64,000 nucleotides of DNA, taken from positions 1,408,001 through 1,472,000 of the forward strand of contig CP122380.1 of assembly GCA_024650005.2 (NCBI GenBank), given 5' to 3'. The position numbers and the translations under genes are program-made. Every line of letters begins with the position of its first letter. The first letter of the stretch is position 1. Positions 28,439 through 38,813 of the stretch are shown here, in pieces. The notes under the pieces are model-generated. The model was not told the origin of the DNA. It was given only the letters and a program-made list of their open reading frames with translations, and did not search any database. Source of the stretch: Candidatus Bathyarchaeum tardum (lineage in GTDB: Archaea > Thermoproteota > Bathyarchaeia > Bathyarchaeales > Bathyarchaeaceae).

Positions 28439-30649
28439 TTATTCTCTGTCGATGAACTTGTTGGCGCTAGGTACGTCTTCAGGAAGACCGCGTCGTTTTC
28501 GAATGCCAGCGATGACTTCGGTGGATATGCTTGCGGGAACTTTTTCCCAGTGGTCGAACTGTGTTTGCCAGAAGGCGTGACCAGAAGTTGATCCTCGCAT
28601 GTCTGCAGAGAGACCAAAAGTTTCAGAAACTGGCAAAAATCCAGTAACGTTGGTTATTGGTCCTTTTTGTTCAGAGGAGACGATTCTTCCTCGTTTCCGG
28701 GTAATCAAGCCGGTTACGTCACCGACGAACTGGTGTGGAACTGAAACTCCAATCTTGTAGATTGGTTCAGAAAGCACAGGGTCCGCAGTAAGGAATGATC
28801 CCCAGAGGGCTCGTTTCATTGCAGGCATAATTTGTGCAGGTCCGCGGTGTACTGGGTCTTCGTGCAATTTACAGTCCAACAGGCTTACTTTGCAGCCTCG
28901 GATTGGTTCATCACAAAGTGGACCGTTTCGAGCGGCCCATCGGAAACCTGAGTTGACTGTTTCTTTGACTTCTCGTAGATACTGAACACCTTTAGTCAAG
29001 TCTAACAAGATGTTGCGGTGTTCTTCTAAAGCCCAAACGTTTCGTGATTCTTGAGCAGTCCATCCTGCTTGTTCACGCAAGGTTTCCCCGATTCGTTTGT
29101 TTCCCATGGCTTCAAACAGGGCACCCTTTTCCATCAAGTCAACAACATTTTGGTCCAAAGGTTCAACCTTGAGCCAGAATTTGCTGTGTTTGTTGGGGCT
29201 CTTTGCCATAGCAACTACACCTTCTTTGGATGCTGTTTCCCTGTAGACGACCAAGGGTTGAGAAGTTATGAGTTCTATTCCTCCACCGGTTTGTCGGAGG
29301 GTCTTTACAGCGATTTCCAAGTGAAGTTCACCCATTCCGCTGAGAAGGTATTCTCCAGTTTCTTTGTTAATTTTAGTTACCAAGTTTGGATCATCAACAG
29401 TTAACCTGTCCATCAATTCGATAAGGCGGGGCAAGTCACGTGGATGTTTGGGTTCAATTGCAATGGTAATAACTGGTTCAGAAACGTATTGGATGTTTTC
29501 GAAAGGAACCATATCTTTTTCAGCGCCCATGCTAACAAGGGTTTCTCCAGCTCGGGCAAGATCCATTCCCAGAACGGCTGCAATGTTTCCTGCCCCCATT
29601 TTGCCGACAACTTCTCGGAAAGCACCCATATACATGGATACTTGTTGAACACGGTAGTCTTTCTTTGCGCCCACTAAGTACACCCGTTCTCCTTCGTTTA
29701 GGCAACCCGAAAAGATGCGACCAGTGGCAACTAGTCCTGCGTGGGGGTCCATGGCTGCTGATGTTAAACACATTACAACAGGGCCATTTTCGTCACATTC
29801 AGTCATGGCTTTTCCTATTTTTGAATCTATTTCGCCTTTCCAAACTTTGGGAACACGATATTTTTGTGCAGTCAATGGGTTTGGAAGTTTTTTAACAGCC
29901 ATGTCCAGTATGGCGTTGTGCAAAGGAACAAGTTCTGCAAGTTTTTCGTAAGTTCCATTGTGATAAGCGTCAACAACGTCACTGAATTTTATTCCTGCTT
30001 TTTCAGCCATTTCAAGGGTGAAACCCCACTTGTGTAAGGCAGAGCCAAAAGCAACTGTTCCTTTGGTGGGGTCAACTTTCCATGCGTTTTTGACTTCTTT
30101 TTCTCCGTATATTGAAATCAAGTTGTTAAAATCACGAATAATTCGCAGAAGTTTGGTTTGCATTTGTTCTGCGTTGAGTTTGAGTTCTTTAATCAAGCGG
30201 TCAACTTTGTTGATGAACAGAACGGGTTGAACGCGCTCATTCAATGCTTGACGGGTAACGGTTTCGGTCTGAACCATTACTTCTTCGACGGCGTCAACAA
30301 CTACTACTGCACCGTCGATTGCTCGCAGGGCACGGGTTACTTTTCCAGTAAAGTCTACGTGTCCTGGTGTGTCAATTAGGTTGATTACGTGGGATTTGTT
30401 GTCAACTTCGTGTAGAAGTGAAATGTTTGCAGATTTAATTGTGATTCCACGTTTTTGTTCTTCTTCAAGGTAGTCCAGGGCTCTTGCTGCTCCGGCAATT
30501 TTTGGGGATAGGAGCCCTGCTTCAGCTAACAAGGAATCGGACATTGTGGTTTTGCCGTGGTCGATGTGGGCAATTATTCCGATGTTCCTGATATCTTCTT
30601 TTTTGTTCATGAGCTTTACGAGGTCGCTCGTTTGCCTAAATTTTGGCAC
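28439..30649 (-). CDS. fusA: Elongation factor 2 (canonical diphthamide type)
   Basis: AHIDHGKT, RGITI, DTPGH, NKVD, GMGELHLE, HEDPVHRGPAQ. Confidence 0.98.
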   Translation of the reverse strand: MPKFRQTSDLVKLMNKKEDIRNIGIIAHIDHGKTTMSDSLLAEAGLLSPKIAGAARALDYLEEEQKRGITIKSANISLLHEVDNKSHVINLIDTPGHVDFTGKVTRALRAIDGAVVVVDAVEEVMVQTETVTRQALNERVQPVLFINKVDRLIKELKLNAEQMQTKLLRIIRDFNNLISIYGEKEVKNAWKVDPTKGTVAFGSALHKWGFTLEMAEKAGIKFSDVVDAYHNGTYEKLAELVPLHNAILDMAVKKLPNPLTAQKYRVPKVWKGEIDSKIGKAMTECDENGPVVMCLTSAAMDPHAGLVATGRIFSGCLNEGERVYLVGAKKDYRVQQVSMYMGAFREVVGKMGAGNIAAVLGMDLARAGETLVSMGAEKDMVPFENIQYVSEPVITIAIEPKHPRDLPRLIELMDRLTVDDPNLVTKINKETGEYLLSGMGELHLEIAVKTLRQTGGGIELITSQPLVVYRETASKEGVVAMAKSPNKHSKFWLKVEPLDQNVVDLMEKGALFEAMGNKRIGETLREQAGWTAQESRNVWALEEHRNILLDLTKGVQYLREVKETVNSGFRWAARNGPLCDEPIRGCKVSLLDCKLHEDPVHRGPAQIMPAMKRALWGSFLTADPVLSEPIYKIGVSVPHQFVGDVTGLITRKRGRIVSSEQKGPITNVTGFLPVSETFGLSADMRGSTSGHAFWQTQFDHWEKVPASISTEVIAGIRKRRGLPEDVPSANKFIDRE

Positions 30650-30833
30650 CTTATAGTTTCTCCTGATTGTTAATGGACAGAATGCTAGATTAAAAGCATA
30701 CCTATAAGCATTATTGTAAGCTAAAGATTTGAAATTAAACCTATATTGCTGTATGCGCGTTTTTCAAGCAACGTTTGATATAATAAGTAACATCACAAAA
30801 TGAACTTGTAAAAGAATTTTAAGTGAAATTTGG

Positions 30834-31292
30834 TTAGTCTTCCCAGCGGTAAATTTTCTTTCTCTGTTTGAGTTTTTCTAAACCACAGTTAAAACAGAGT
30901 CCATTATGACAACAAATTGTGCCTCCACATTCGGTGCATTCCCATTTTTTCTGTTGAGTTTCCAAAAATTTTTCCAAGCTTTGTTCCTTAATTAACTGAA
31001 GGTTTTCAATCAAACTCATATGATAATGACTTTTGTAGCGATCATCAATGTGTTGTAGGTTTTTGCAGGGAAAATCTTGGCACTCATAACAGAACTCAAT
31101 TTCATGATTTAGAAGCTTTTCACATCTTTTCTTCAGAAATGCACATTGCTTGTCACGGGGTCTACATCCTTTGCAGTATGCCATTTTGATGCCTTTGGAC
31201 CTAATTTTGTGTTCTAAAGCAAGGTAACCGCTGCAAACATTGCAATCCATACCACATGGCGCTACCAGTTCTGGTTTCAAGTTAGCAAGCAC
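30834..31292 (-). CDS. DUF3795 family Cys-rich protein
   Basis: APCGMDCNVC, CKGC, FCYECQDFPC, WECTECG. Confidence 0.85.
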   Translation of the reverse strand: MLANLKPELVAPCGMDCNVCSGYLALEHKIRSKGIKMAYCKGCRPRDKQCAFLKKRCEKLLNHEIEFCYECQDFPCKNLQHIDDRYKSHYHMSLIENLQLIKEQSLEKFLETQQKKWECTECGGTICCHNGLCFNCGLEKLKQRKKIYRWED

Positions 31293-31482
31293 CCAACAAT
31301 AATGGCAAAAAATATGATATCAATCTTTTCCTGAAAAGATTATTGACTAATAGGTTATGCAACATGGTTAGTAAAAAACATGAAAAATAAATGCAAACAG
31401 ATTCTTCGGTTGTACTGTAACTGTTTGGAGTATGTAAACAAAATTCATAAAGGGTTTATTACTAGCGCCCAAGTTTAGAGAT

Positions 31483-31860
31483 ATGGACTCAAGTTATTTC
31501 GTATTTTTAGTTCTTCCCTTAGCGGTTATAGTGTTTTTTCTAGTAGGATTAACCCTCTATTATGCCCGAAAAGGAGAAGATGAATATGAAAAAGAAATAA
31601 AAAAGCTTAGAAAGTTGTTAATTTCAGGAAAAATTAACACTCAAACTTTCAACAAGCTTAAGAGCAAAACAGATTACGTTAAGGATTACAATAACGAGTC
31701 AAAACGGCTTTTGGAGTTGTTATCTAGCGAAAAAATTGATGATGATACTTACAACCGATTAAATCAGGTTCTTGAAAAATCTTTCCAAGAAAAAATCAGT
31801 AGACTTGAAGATGAAACAGAAGAACTTGATGGGAAGCCGTTTCATGCTGCTAAGTTCTAA
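31483..31860 (+). CDS. Membrane protein with SHOCT-like repeats
   Basis: N-terminal TM; SGKINTQTFNKLK and SEKIDDDTYNRL repeats. Confidence 0.7.
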   Translation: MDSSYFVFLVLPLAVIVFFLVGLTLYYARKGEDEYEKEIKKLRKLLISGKINTQTFNKLKSKTDYVKDYNNESKRLLELLSSEKIDDDTYNRLNQVLEKSFQEKISRLEDETEELDGKPFHAAKF

Positions 31861-31918
31861 AGTATAGAAAAACAAAATAGTCCAAGATACAGTCATTTTC
31901 GGGAAGGATGACTCCACA

Positions 31919-32461
31919 GTGAAGATAGAAAACAAAAGCATCAGCAAGCATAAAATGGTAGAATTAAAGGCACGAGTCAACGACCATGAGTTGTTACGAA
32001 AAAAATTGTCTGAGTTAGGAAGTGAATGTGTTGGAACTTTTTATCAAATAGATACATATTTTAAAGTTCCAGAAGGTCGATTAAAACTAAGGCAAGTAAA
32101 AGGAAGCAGCAACGCAGAATTGATTTATTATGAGCGGGAAAACATTGCTGGCCCTAAACAAGATGACGCGTTTTTGTTGCGGGTTCAGGACGCTGATGAT
32201 TTCAAAATTGTTCTGAAAAGAATTCTCAAACAAAGCATAATAATTGAAAAAGAAAGAGAAATCTACATTCACCAAGGAACCCAGATTCATCTGGACACGG
32301 TGAAGGGGCTTGGCAAATTTGTTGAGTTTGAACGGCAAACCAGCAATGAGCCTGAAAATGTAAAAAAAGACCAACATGTTCTAGAAGAGCTAAGAAAACA
32401 ACTAGAAATCAGCTCAAACAGATTAGAAACCCTTTCTTACAGCGACCTAGCGCAAAAATGA
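31919..32461 (+). CDS. CYTH domain protein (class IV adenylate cyclase-like)
   Basis: VELKAR, QIDTYF, RLKLR, HLDTVKGLGKFVEFE. Confidence 0.92.
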   Translation: MKIENKSISKHKMVELKARVNDHELLRKKLSELGSECVGTFYQIDTYFKVPEGRLKLRQVKGSSNAELIYYERENIAGPKQDDAFLLRVQDADDFKIVLKRILKQSIIIEKEREIYIHQGTQIHLDTVKGLGKFVEFERQTSNEPENVKKDQHVLEELRKQLEISSNRLETLSYSDLAQK

Positions 32462-32594
32462 GAAAGTCTAAGGAACACAATTTGTGTTGCTTTAGTTTTT
32501 ATGAAAAAAGATTGTTTTCAACATAGAACTACTATTAGGATACATATAGGATAAGGTTGCACTTCATTTTGTTCAAATCAAACAGCAAAGAACG

Positions 32595-33011
32595 CTATCT
32601 AAGCAAATTATTGGGAACGCTAACCCAGATAGACTCGTTATATTGTAACCAAATGCTTGGTGAATCGTAAATTATTCCACCATTATGGTAATCGAGAACG
32701 TTTTGGGTGCAATTAACAAGGATAGACTCAATATTTACTATTGTTGGAGAGTTTGGATCTGGGAGGCTTTCGTTTATTGAGGACACTTGTTTTCCACAAT
32801 AACGAAGGTCAATAACAAGGCAAGACCCGTTTGTGTACAGCTCTTCTGCGGTAGGTAAATCAGACCAACGCTCCATAACATCACTGTCTGGTAATAAAAC
32901 TCTACCATTAGAGTCTCGTGATTCTGATACTGAACCAGTAGCCTGTGCAAGAGAGAAAATGAGCAGAAAAGGAATAACAACCAAGCCCATTATGAGAGGA
33001 AAATTTATCAT
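32595..33011 (-). CDS. Secreted hypothetical protein
   Basis: Signal-peptide-like N-terminus; GGGAG RBS. Confidence 0.6.
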   Translation of the reverse strand: MINFPLIMGLVVIPFLLIFSLAQATGSVSESRDSNGRVLLPDSDVMERWSDLPTAEELYTNGSCLVIDLRYCGKQVSSINESLPDPNSPTIVNIESILVNCTQNVLDYHNGGIIYDSPSIWLQYNESIWVSVPNNLLR

Positions 33012-33093
33012 TTGTTTCTCCCTTGCACAGTTGATGTGTTAGCAAGTTATTTTCCGTGCTAAAGTATTTAGTTCTATACTTTAGAACAGTGAT

Positions 33094-33876
33094 TTAGTCT
33101 GTTTTGTTTCGTCGTATTTCGATTCCTTTGTCTAGAGCTATTATGTTAACAAGATGTTGTATGCCAGAGGTTTGAACCTTTTTTTCTAAAACTTCTTCGA
33201 TTTGGAAAACTCCTGCGGGGTTGTTCATGCTTACAAAGATTTGTACGGGTTTTCGGGGTCCTTTTTCGATTTCCACTTTGGTTATAGACAACGCAGAAAG
33301 GGAATGAATATCTACTTTTCCAGTCCGGTAGGGTATTCGGGTTCTTCCTTTGGCCATGTCGGTTCCGTCGGCTACTTTTGCTGCTCCGGCTTCGATGCTT
33401 AAGCATTCTATGTATTCTTCGTGGGCAAAGATGGAGTGTAAAATTTCAGATTTCATTCTTACAATCTTGGTCACATCATCAGGATAAACCGTTCTGAGAA
33501 GCCGGTCCAGAATCGGATTGGCCAAAATACAACTATGAAAAGGGTGATCGACTCGGTGAATGCTGTTGCCTAAATCGTGGAGATAAGAACCGCATAAAAC
33601 GATAACTTTTGCATCTTCTAGGCAGCATGCACGGTTTTGCAGAGTTGTAGGTGTAACTTCCTGAGATATCAGATCAAAAATTTCAAGGGCGCTTCCTGCT
33701 GTGATTTTGGCGTGGACGGGTCCGTGGTCGTTGTATCTGAGGCGTTCTACTGCCATTGTGTTTGACATGTAAAGGGTGTTCTGGATTTCGGGGTCGTTTT
33801 CCATTAATTGGAACATTTGTTTGACTTTTGGTTCGTCCAGATGGGAATTTATCAGGTTCGAAGAAACAACAACCAT
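33094..33876 (-). CDS. HD domain phosphohydrolase
   Basis: YNDHGPVH, LHDLGN, ADGTDM, DIHSLSA. Confidence 0.9.
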   Translation of the reverse strand: MVVVSSNLINSHLDEPKVKQMFQLMENDPEIQNTLYMSNTMAVERLRYNDHGPVHAKITAGSALEIFDLISQEVTPTTLQNRACCLEDAKVIVLCGSYLHDLGNSIHRVDHPFHSCILANPILDRLLRTVYPDDVTKIVRMKSEILHSIFAHEEYIECLSIEAGAAKVADGTDMAKGRTRIPYRTGKVDIHSLSALSITKVEIEKGPRKPVQIFVSMNNPAGVFQIEEVLEKKVQTSGIQHLVNIIALDKGIEIRRNKTD

Positions 33877-33939
33877 TCGTGATTCCTCATATTAAATTAG
33901 AGATCAGCAAATATGAACTTTAAGCAACAAAAATTGGAA

Positions 33940-34575
33940 TTACATTGAAGAGCAAAGGTCACGTTTCTCGATATAGGTTACTGGGTCAACTTCTTTTATG
34001 GTTGCGCCGTCCACGTCGATTATGTAGATTGTGTGGATCCGGGAGTTTTTTATTTCATCATAAGTTACTGGGGGATTTTTGTAGTATAGGTCACACAAAA
34101 CTTTGAGGTGTTTAAGGTCAGTTTTTGTTCTGCTTCGGGGGGGCTTCACTAAAGCGACAGGAATTTGCAACAAATAATAGGGGGGAACACCTAAAGCAAA
34201 TTTGTCTGAATGATTACCATATCGGATTATTTTGCTTGCGATTCGGGATTGGCGATATTTTGCAGGGTCAAGGGCATGACTTGGAGGAATAAAACCAGTT
34301 TCTATTTCTACAATGTGGGAACCAAAACCTTTCATGCCATAAAGGTCGCAGACTAAACCGTTTACAGGGCGTTCGATGTCTACTTCGTAGCCTTTCAAAA
34401 TTAAATGTTTGGCGCACACCATTTCCATAACTGAATGGTTAATTTTAACCACGTTTTCTTCATGCATCTTAATCAGTTTTTGTTTCAAGGCATCAATTTT
34501 TTTTTGTGCATCTTCAGGAGTTTCCCTGTTTAGTTTTGCAGTTAGAATATCTAAATCCCTATTGAATTTGTCCAT
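33940..34575 (-). CDS. Conserved hypothetical protein, possible PD-(D/E)XK fold
   Basis: CDLYG...IVEIETG pattern. Confidence 0.7.
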   Translation of the reverse strand: MDKFNRDLDILTAKLNRETPEDAQKKIDALKQKLIKMHEENVVKINHSVMEMVCAKHLILKGYEVDIERPVNGLVCDLYGMKGFGSHIVEIETGFIPPSHALDPAKYRQSRIASKIIRYGNHSDKFALGVPPYYLLQIPVALVKPPRSRTKTDLKHLKVLCDLYYKNPPVTYDEIKNSRIHTIYIIDVDGATIKEVDPVTYIEKRDLCSSM

Positions 34576-34760
34576 GTTCTCAACCTTTTAGAAACTGCAA
34601 CAAAAGTTTCTGTTAATAGTTGGTGTAATGTCTACGACAAAAGCTTTTGCACAAAAATCCTAGAAGCCCAAACTAAAACGGGAAAGAAAAGGGACAAAGC
34701 CCTTGCAAAGCGTATTCAATTAAGTGGGGAAAAAAAATGCCCCAATTTTGTTTTGGCGGT

Positions 34761-35039
34761 TTAGTCTTTGATTGCTTCAAGCAGGCTCATAACGTTCCAG
34801 AGCTTAACTCGGGTATAAGGTGGCATGTTTGGGTCCTGCAATATTTCATCAAGTACAGATATCGCGTTTGCAGCTCGAACTGCAGGTGTATCATCTGGGA
34901 CTTGAAGGGAGGTAATGGATTGTTTTGCGGCTCGGCGTATGTTTCGGGGAGTCGTAGTGTCTTCGGAAACCATACCAAGAACGTTTGATGCTTCGGCAAT
35001 TCTTTCCTCGTATTCTTGTAGTTGTTTTTTGCGCACCAT
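34761..35039 (-). CDS. UPF0147 family protein
   Basis: DTTTPRNIRR and DPNMPPYTR motifs. Confidence 0.92.
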   Translation of the reverse strand: MVRKKQLQEYEERIAEASNVLGMVSEDTTTPRNIRRAAKQSITSLQVPDDTPAVRAANAISVLDEILQDPNMPPYTRVKLWNVMSLLEAIKD

Positions 35040-35210
35040 ATATAAGCCTCCTATACTATCTGCCTAAACTAAAAGCACTATATTTAATCTTATCTTATAC
35101 ATGAAAAAATGTTCCTGTTTACGGCAACAGTAACATACAAAACATGATAGATAGTTAATTAACTGTTGTAGCATTATATTTTATCCAAAGCTTCACTAGC
35201 AGGGATTAAT

Positions 35211-35564
35211 GTGACAGAAAATTCAGAAAGCATCAAAGTAATGGCAGATTTACTCAGGCAAGGGGCTACCCTTACTCAACATTCGTGTCCAGCCTGTTCG
35301 TCGCCACTGTTTAAACTTCAGAACAAAGACATATGGTGCGCTAAATGCCAAAAACGAGTAATTATCGTCAAAGAAGGCGACCCCGAACCCGAAGTTTCTA
35401 AAGCTCCAATGTTTTCTAGTTTGGAATCAACAATTATAAAAAAAATTCAAAACTTAGAAAAACAGCTTGAAGAAGAAAACGATCCTGAAAAAATTACAAA
35501 ACTCGGAGAAACAGTGTCGTCACTTCTTGAAAGTCTTGAAAAAATTAAAAATATGAAAAAGTAG
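35211..35564 (+). CDS. UPF0148 / Sjogren's autoantigen p27 family zinc-ribbon protein
   Basis: MADLLRQGATL..CPACSSPLF..CAKC; divergent from UPF0147. Confidence 0.9.
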   Translation: MTENSESIKVMADLLRQGATLTQHSCPACSSPLFKLQNKDIWCAKCQKRVIIVKEGDPEPEVSKAPMFSSLESTIIKKIQNLEKQLEEENDPEKITKLGETVSSLLESLEKIKNMKK

Positions 35565-35584
35565 TTTGCTAACAAAGGTCGTTT

Positions 35585-36100
35585 GTGGTGCTTGGACGTT
35601 TTGATAGTTTTCCAAAAAATGTTCACAATGTAGCTGTATTTAACTGTCAAGATCCAGAAACAAAGGTTCAGCAAGCTATTGTTTGTAGTTTTCAGCGTTT
35701 AAACCAGCTAACTTTTGAGTTGAACCAGTTAATATCCTTCTTGAAACAGGACTACAAAGTCAGTTTCGAGGTGGGCATAGCAGATGGCTCTGATTTCATG
35801 TTTTTAACCAAGAATGAACTTGAACATGCTTTGAAAGCAGTTGAAAAAAACGAGTTAGAGGTTTTAGATTTCTTTGTTGTTGTTCGGTATCATCGAATAA
35901 ACGAAAAAGGCAAGCAGATTCCGTTACGGTTCGATTACCATGTTTTGCGGTTTGCATTTCATGAAAAACTCTTAGAGTTGCTAATACGCCATGAACGGGG
36001 AACACAACGAGTTCCAATCGAGGATATTATAGAGTTTTTTACAAACCAAATAAACATAGAACTTAAAAAAAGGCAATTATCGCCCTTGAATAAGGATTAA
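35585..36100 (+). CDS. Hypothetical protein
   Basis: 171-aa ORF co-oriented with UPF0148. Confidence 0.7.
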   Translation: MVLGRFDSFPKNVHNVAVFNCQDPETKVQQAIVCSFQRLNQLTFELNQLISFLKQDYKVSFEVGIADGSDFMFLTKNELEHALKAVEKNELEVLDFFVVVRYHRINEKGKQIPLRFDYHVLRFAFHEKLLELLIRHERGTQRVPIEDIIEFFTNQINIELKKRQLSPLNKD

Positions 36101-36112
36101 CTGGTGAAACCC

Positions 36113-36949
36113 TTATTTTTTAGATAATTTGTTTTCGTAATTTTTTAACGCTTGAATTTCTTTTTGCCGATAACAATTCAATCGCAGGGTTAACTGTTCA
36201 AAATCAACAATATCTCCTTCAAATTCGGGGCCATCAATGCAAGCGAATTTGGTTTGGTCTCCAACTGTTATTCTGCAAGCTCCACACATGCCGCAACCAT
36301 CAACCATTATGCAGTTTAAGCTTACAACAGATTTTATTCCGTGACTTTTGGCTAATTCAACTACAACTTTCATCATTAAAGGTGGACCAATAGCGTAAAC
36401 CAAATCAAAAATGTAATTGTTTTCAATCAAAGTTTTCAGCACATCACTAGCTACTCCTTTTTGTCCTTTTGTACCATCATCAGTAGAAACGTACAATTTG
36501 TCGCTGTATTGTTTTAGTTTATTTTCAAAAACAAGTTGTGCTTCGGTTCGGGCACCAATTATTGAAACAACAGTGTTGCCTGCATTTTTCAATGCCTTAA
36601 TTATGTTGTAAGCGGTAGCCGCGCCTACGCCACCACAAACAACTGCCACTTTTCCGAAATTTTTGATTACAGTAGGAGTACCTAAAGGTCCAGAAATGTC
36701 AAGGATTTTGTCTCCGACTTCAAGAGCGCCCAGCAGAGTTGTTGTCAGGCCAACTTCAACAAAAACAAGAGTTATTGTCCCTTCTGTTGGATTCCAGTCT
36801 GCAAGAGTCAAAGGAATGCGTTCTCCCTTCTCATGTACCCTGACGATCACAAACTGTCCAGCTTTTGTTTTTTGGGCAATTAAAGGTGACCTGATTTGCA
36901 GCAGTTTGATGTCTGAAGCAAGAGTTACTTTCTTGATTATTTCATACAT
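36113..36949 (-). CDS. Sulfide dehydrogenase beta / NfnA-like FAD and [2Fe-2S] subunit
   Basis: GERIPLT, GPLG, GGVG, MVDGCGMCGAC, CIDGPEF. Confidence 0.92.
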   Translation of the reverse strand: MYEIIKKVTLASDIKLLQIRSPLIAQKTKAGQFVIVRVHEKGERIPLTLADWNPTEGTITLVFVEVGLTTTLLGALEVGDKILDISGPLGTPTVIKNFGKVAVVCGGVGAATAYNIIKALKNAGNTVVSIIGARTEAQLVFENKLKQYSDKLYVSTDDGTKGQKGVASDVLKTLIENNYIFDLVYAIGPPLMMKVVVELAKSHGIKSVVSLNCIMVDGCGMCGACRITVGDQTKFACIDGPEFEGDIVDFEQLTLRLNCYRQKEIQALKNYENKLSKK

Positions 36950-37136
36950 GGTTTATCGACTTGGTTCCGAAAATTGGTGCTTACTGAATTTACAGTAAAA
37001 GGCAACTAAAGCGTTTCTGCTTTTCATAAGCATTTGTTCACAATTGTAGCTGAAAACTCGATTATTATCAAAAACGATGGGTAACATCCAAAAACTGTAA
37101 GGTATATAAAACAAGAAGTTACTAGAAAGTAATAAT

Positions 37137-37715
37137 ATGATAGTTCCAAGTTTGTTTTCTTCAGATTTTCAGCCAATTTGGCTAAATGAAAAAGATAAAA
37201 ACAGTCCACAAAAGAAACTGACCAACATTGAAGCCTTCTGTTCAATGATAGATTGTGCAGAGGGCTTCCAAGGAGTTTGGGAAATCGTAAAAGAAACAGT
37301 TAAAGTTTTTTTGGGCAAACAAAGACAAGGCATGTTACTATTTTTGGATGACATGCCCCTTCAGCTGGGTGCATATCACCAGTTGGGGACAAACAACATT
37401 GTGCTGAACAGAAGCTTGCTTAACATTGTAGAAACCGTAACTAAATCAAAAAAACTCGTTAACGCCTTTGTTTACAGCATCTTAACCCACGAATATCTGC
37501 ACGCCCTGGGACATGTTTCTGAGGTTGAAGTCCGGTCTTTAGTTTACGACATTTCAAAGCATTGTTTTGGAGAAAAACATATAGTTACATCCCTTGCTGA
37601 AAAGACGCCATGGTCCTTGCTCAAAGGAATCCCATTAAATGAACTGAAACTATCCAAAAATCCCATGGAACTAATCAAAGATTTAGAAAAACCTAACCAT
37701 TCATACATCGTGTAA
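37137..37715 (+). CDS. Putative zinc metalloprotein (HEYLH)
   Basis: GAYH and ILTHEYLHALG. Confidence 0.75.
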   Translation: MIVPSLFSSDFQPIWLNEKDKNSPQKKLTNIEAFCSMIDCAEGFQGVWEIVKETVKVFLGKQRQGMLLFLDDMPLQLGAYHQLGTNNIVLNRSLLNIVETVTKSKKLVNAFVYSILTHEYLHALGHVSEVEVRSLVYDISKHCFGEKHIVTSLAEKTPWSLLKGIPLNELKLSKNPMELIKDLEKPNHSYIV

Positions 37716-37718
37716 AGT

Positions 37719-38321
37719 TCACGATTGGTTTTTTAGAAAATCTAAAACAACACTCAAAAGGCTCTTTTCTACTCTAGATTTGGTTCTATCAGCGTTAATG
37801 GGCACAAGTTTTCCATCTTTTACATATTTCAGGTAAACTTTTTGTACTTCTCTTTGAATTTCCAAGTGTTCCATAACTGATTTTTTCCTTCGAATGCGTT
37901 CAACTACAACTTCAGGGGCAACATCAAGATACACAGTTAAATCAGGCAAAAAAGCTGCACTGTTAATTTTTTCGATCCAATCCAACTCAAGCCCCGCAGA
38001 TCCCTGATACGCCAAGGATGAGTAAACACAACGATCTGAAACAACAATTTTTCCCTGGTCTAGGGCGGGTTTTACATCTTTTTGTAGGTGTTCGATTCGG
38101 TCAGCAGCAAACAGAATGGCTTCGACAACTCGGGGAACACGTTTTTTTCCTTCCAGAATGGTCCCCCGTATAAAAGATCCTAATTCGCCCCGGCTGGGCT
38201 CGGTAGTGTACACAGCGTCAAATCCGTGTTTTCGCAAATTTCTTACTAACTTGTGAGTATGAGTTGTCTTTCCGCTTCCATCTAAACCTTCAATGCAGAT
38301 GAATTTCCCTTTGGCAGTCAT
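37719..38321 (-). CDS. tmk: Thymidylate kinase
   Basis: EGLDGSGKTT, LFAADR, SDR..SSLAYQ. Confidence 0.96.
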   Translation of the reverse strand: MTAKGKFICIEGLDGSGKTTHTHKLVRNLRKHGFDAVYTTEPSRGELGSFIRGTILEGKKRVPRVVEAILFAADRIEHLQKDVKPALDQGKIVVSDRCVYSSLAYQGSAGLELDWIEKINSAAFLPDLTVYLDVAPEVVVERIRRKKSVMEHLEIQREVQKVYLKYVKDGKLVPINADRTKSRVEKSLLSVVLDFLKNQS

Positions 38322-38813
38322 CTTTGATTCAGCCTATTTTGTAATAAGAAAAGAGCAATATAACTTTGTGATTACCATCTGCAAAAAAGTGTTCATTTAT
38401 TTATAACAAATCAAGAAATGAGTTCTGCTAAGGCTCCAACACAGACAAGCTGAAGGAATGAAAAAATGAAAAGCCCGCCTACTGCTATCAGGATGGCAAT
38501 TTTCATTTCTGTGTGAGACCCTTTTCAGCCTCATTTCTTTTATAGGGCAACGTAATTGTTTCATTTTTGCAACATTTACTGTTAAAAAAATTTATGGTAT
38601 CCAATAGATTTGACAATTATTTTTTTTATTCATCTCCATACTATTTATGAAATAAAGATTTGTGAAAGAATATAAAACTATTTTTCAAAATTGAACCCAA
38701 TTTGTTCCAAAATTGTTATAATTATAAGTGGTACTTATGCAAAAAATTTGTAACTTAACGATTACCTTAAATAATGATGCGTCAGATTGACAAAGTTGAG
38801 ATGAAATCGTCAT

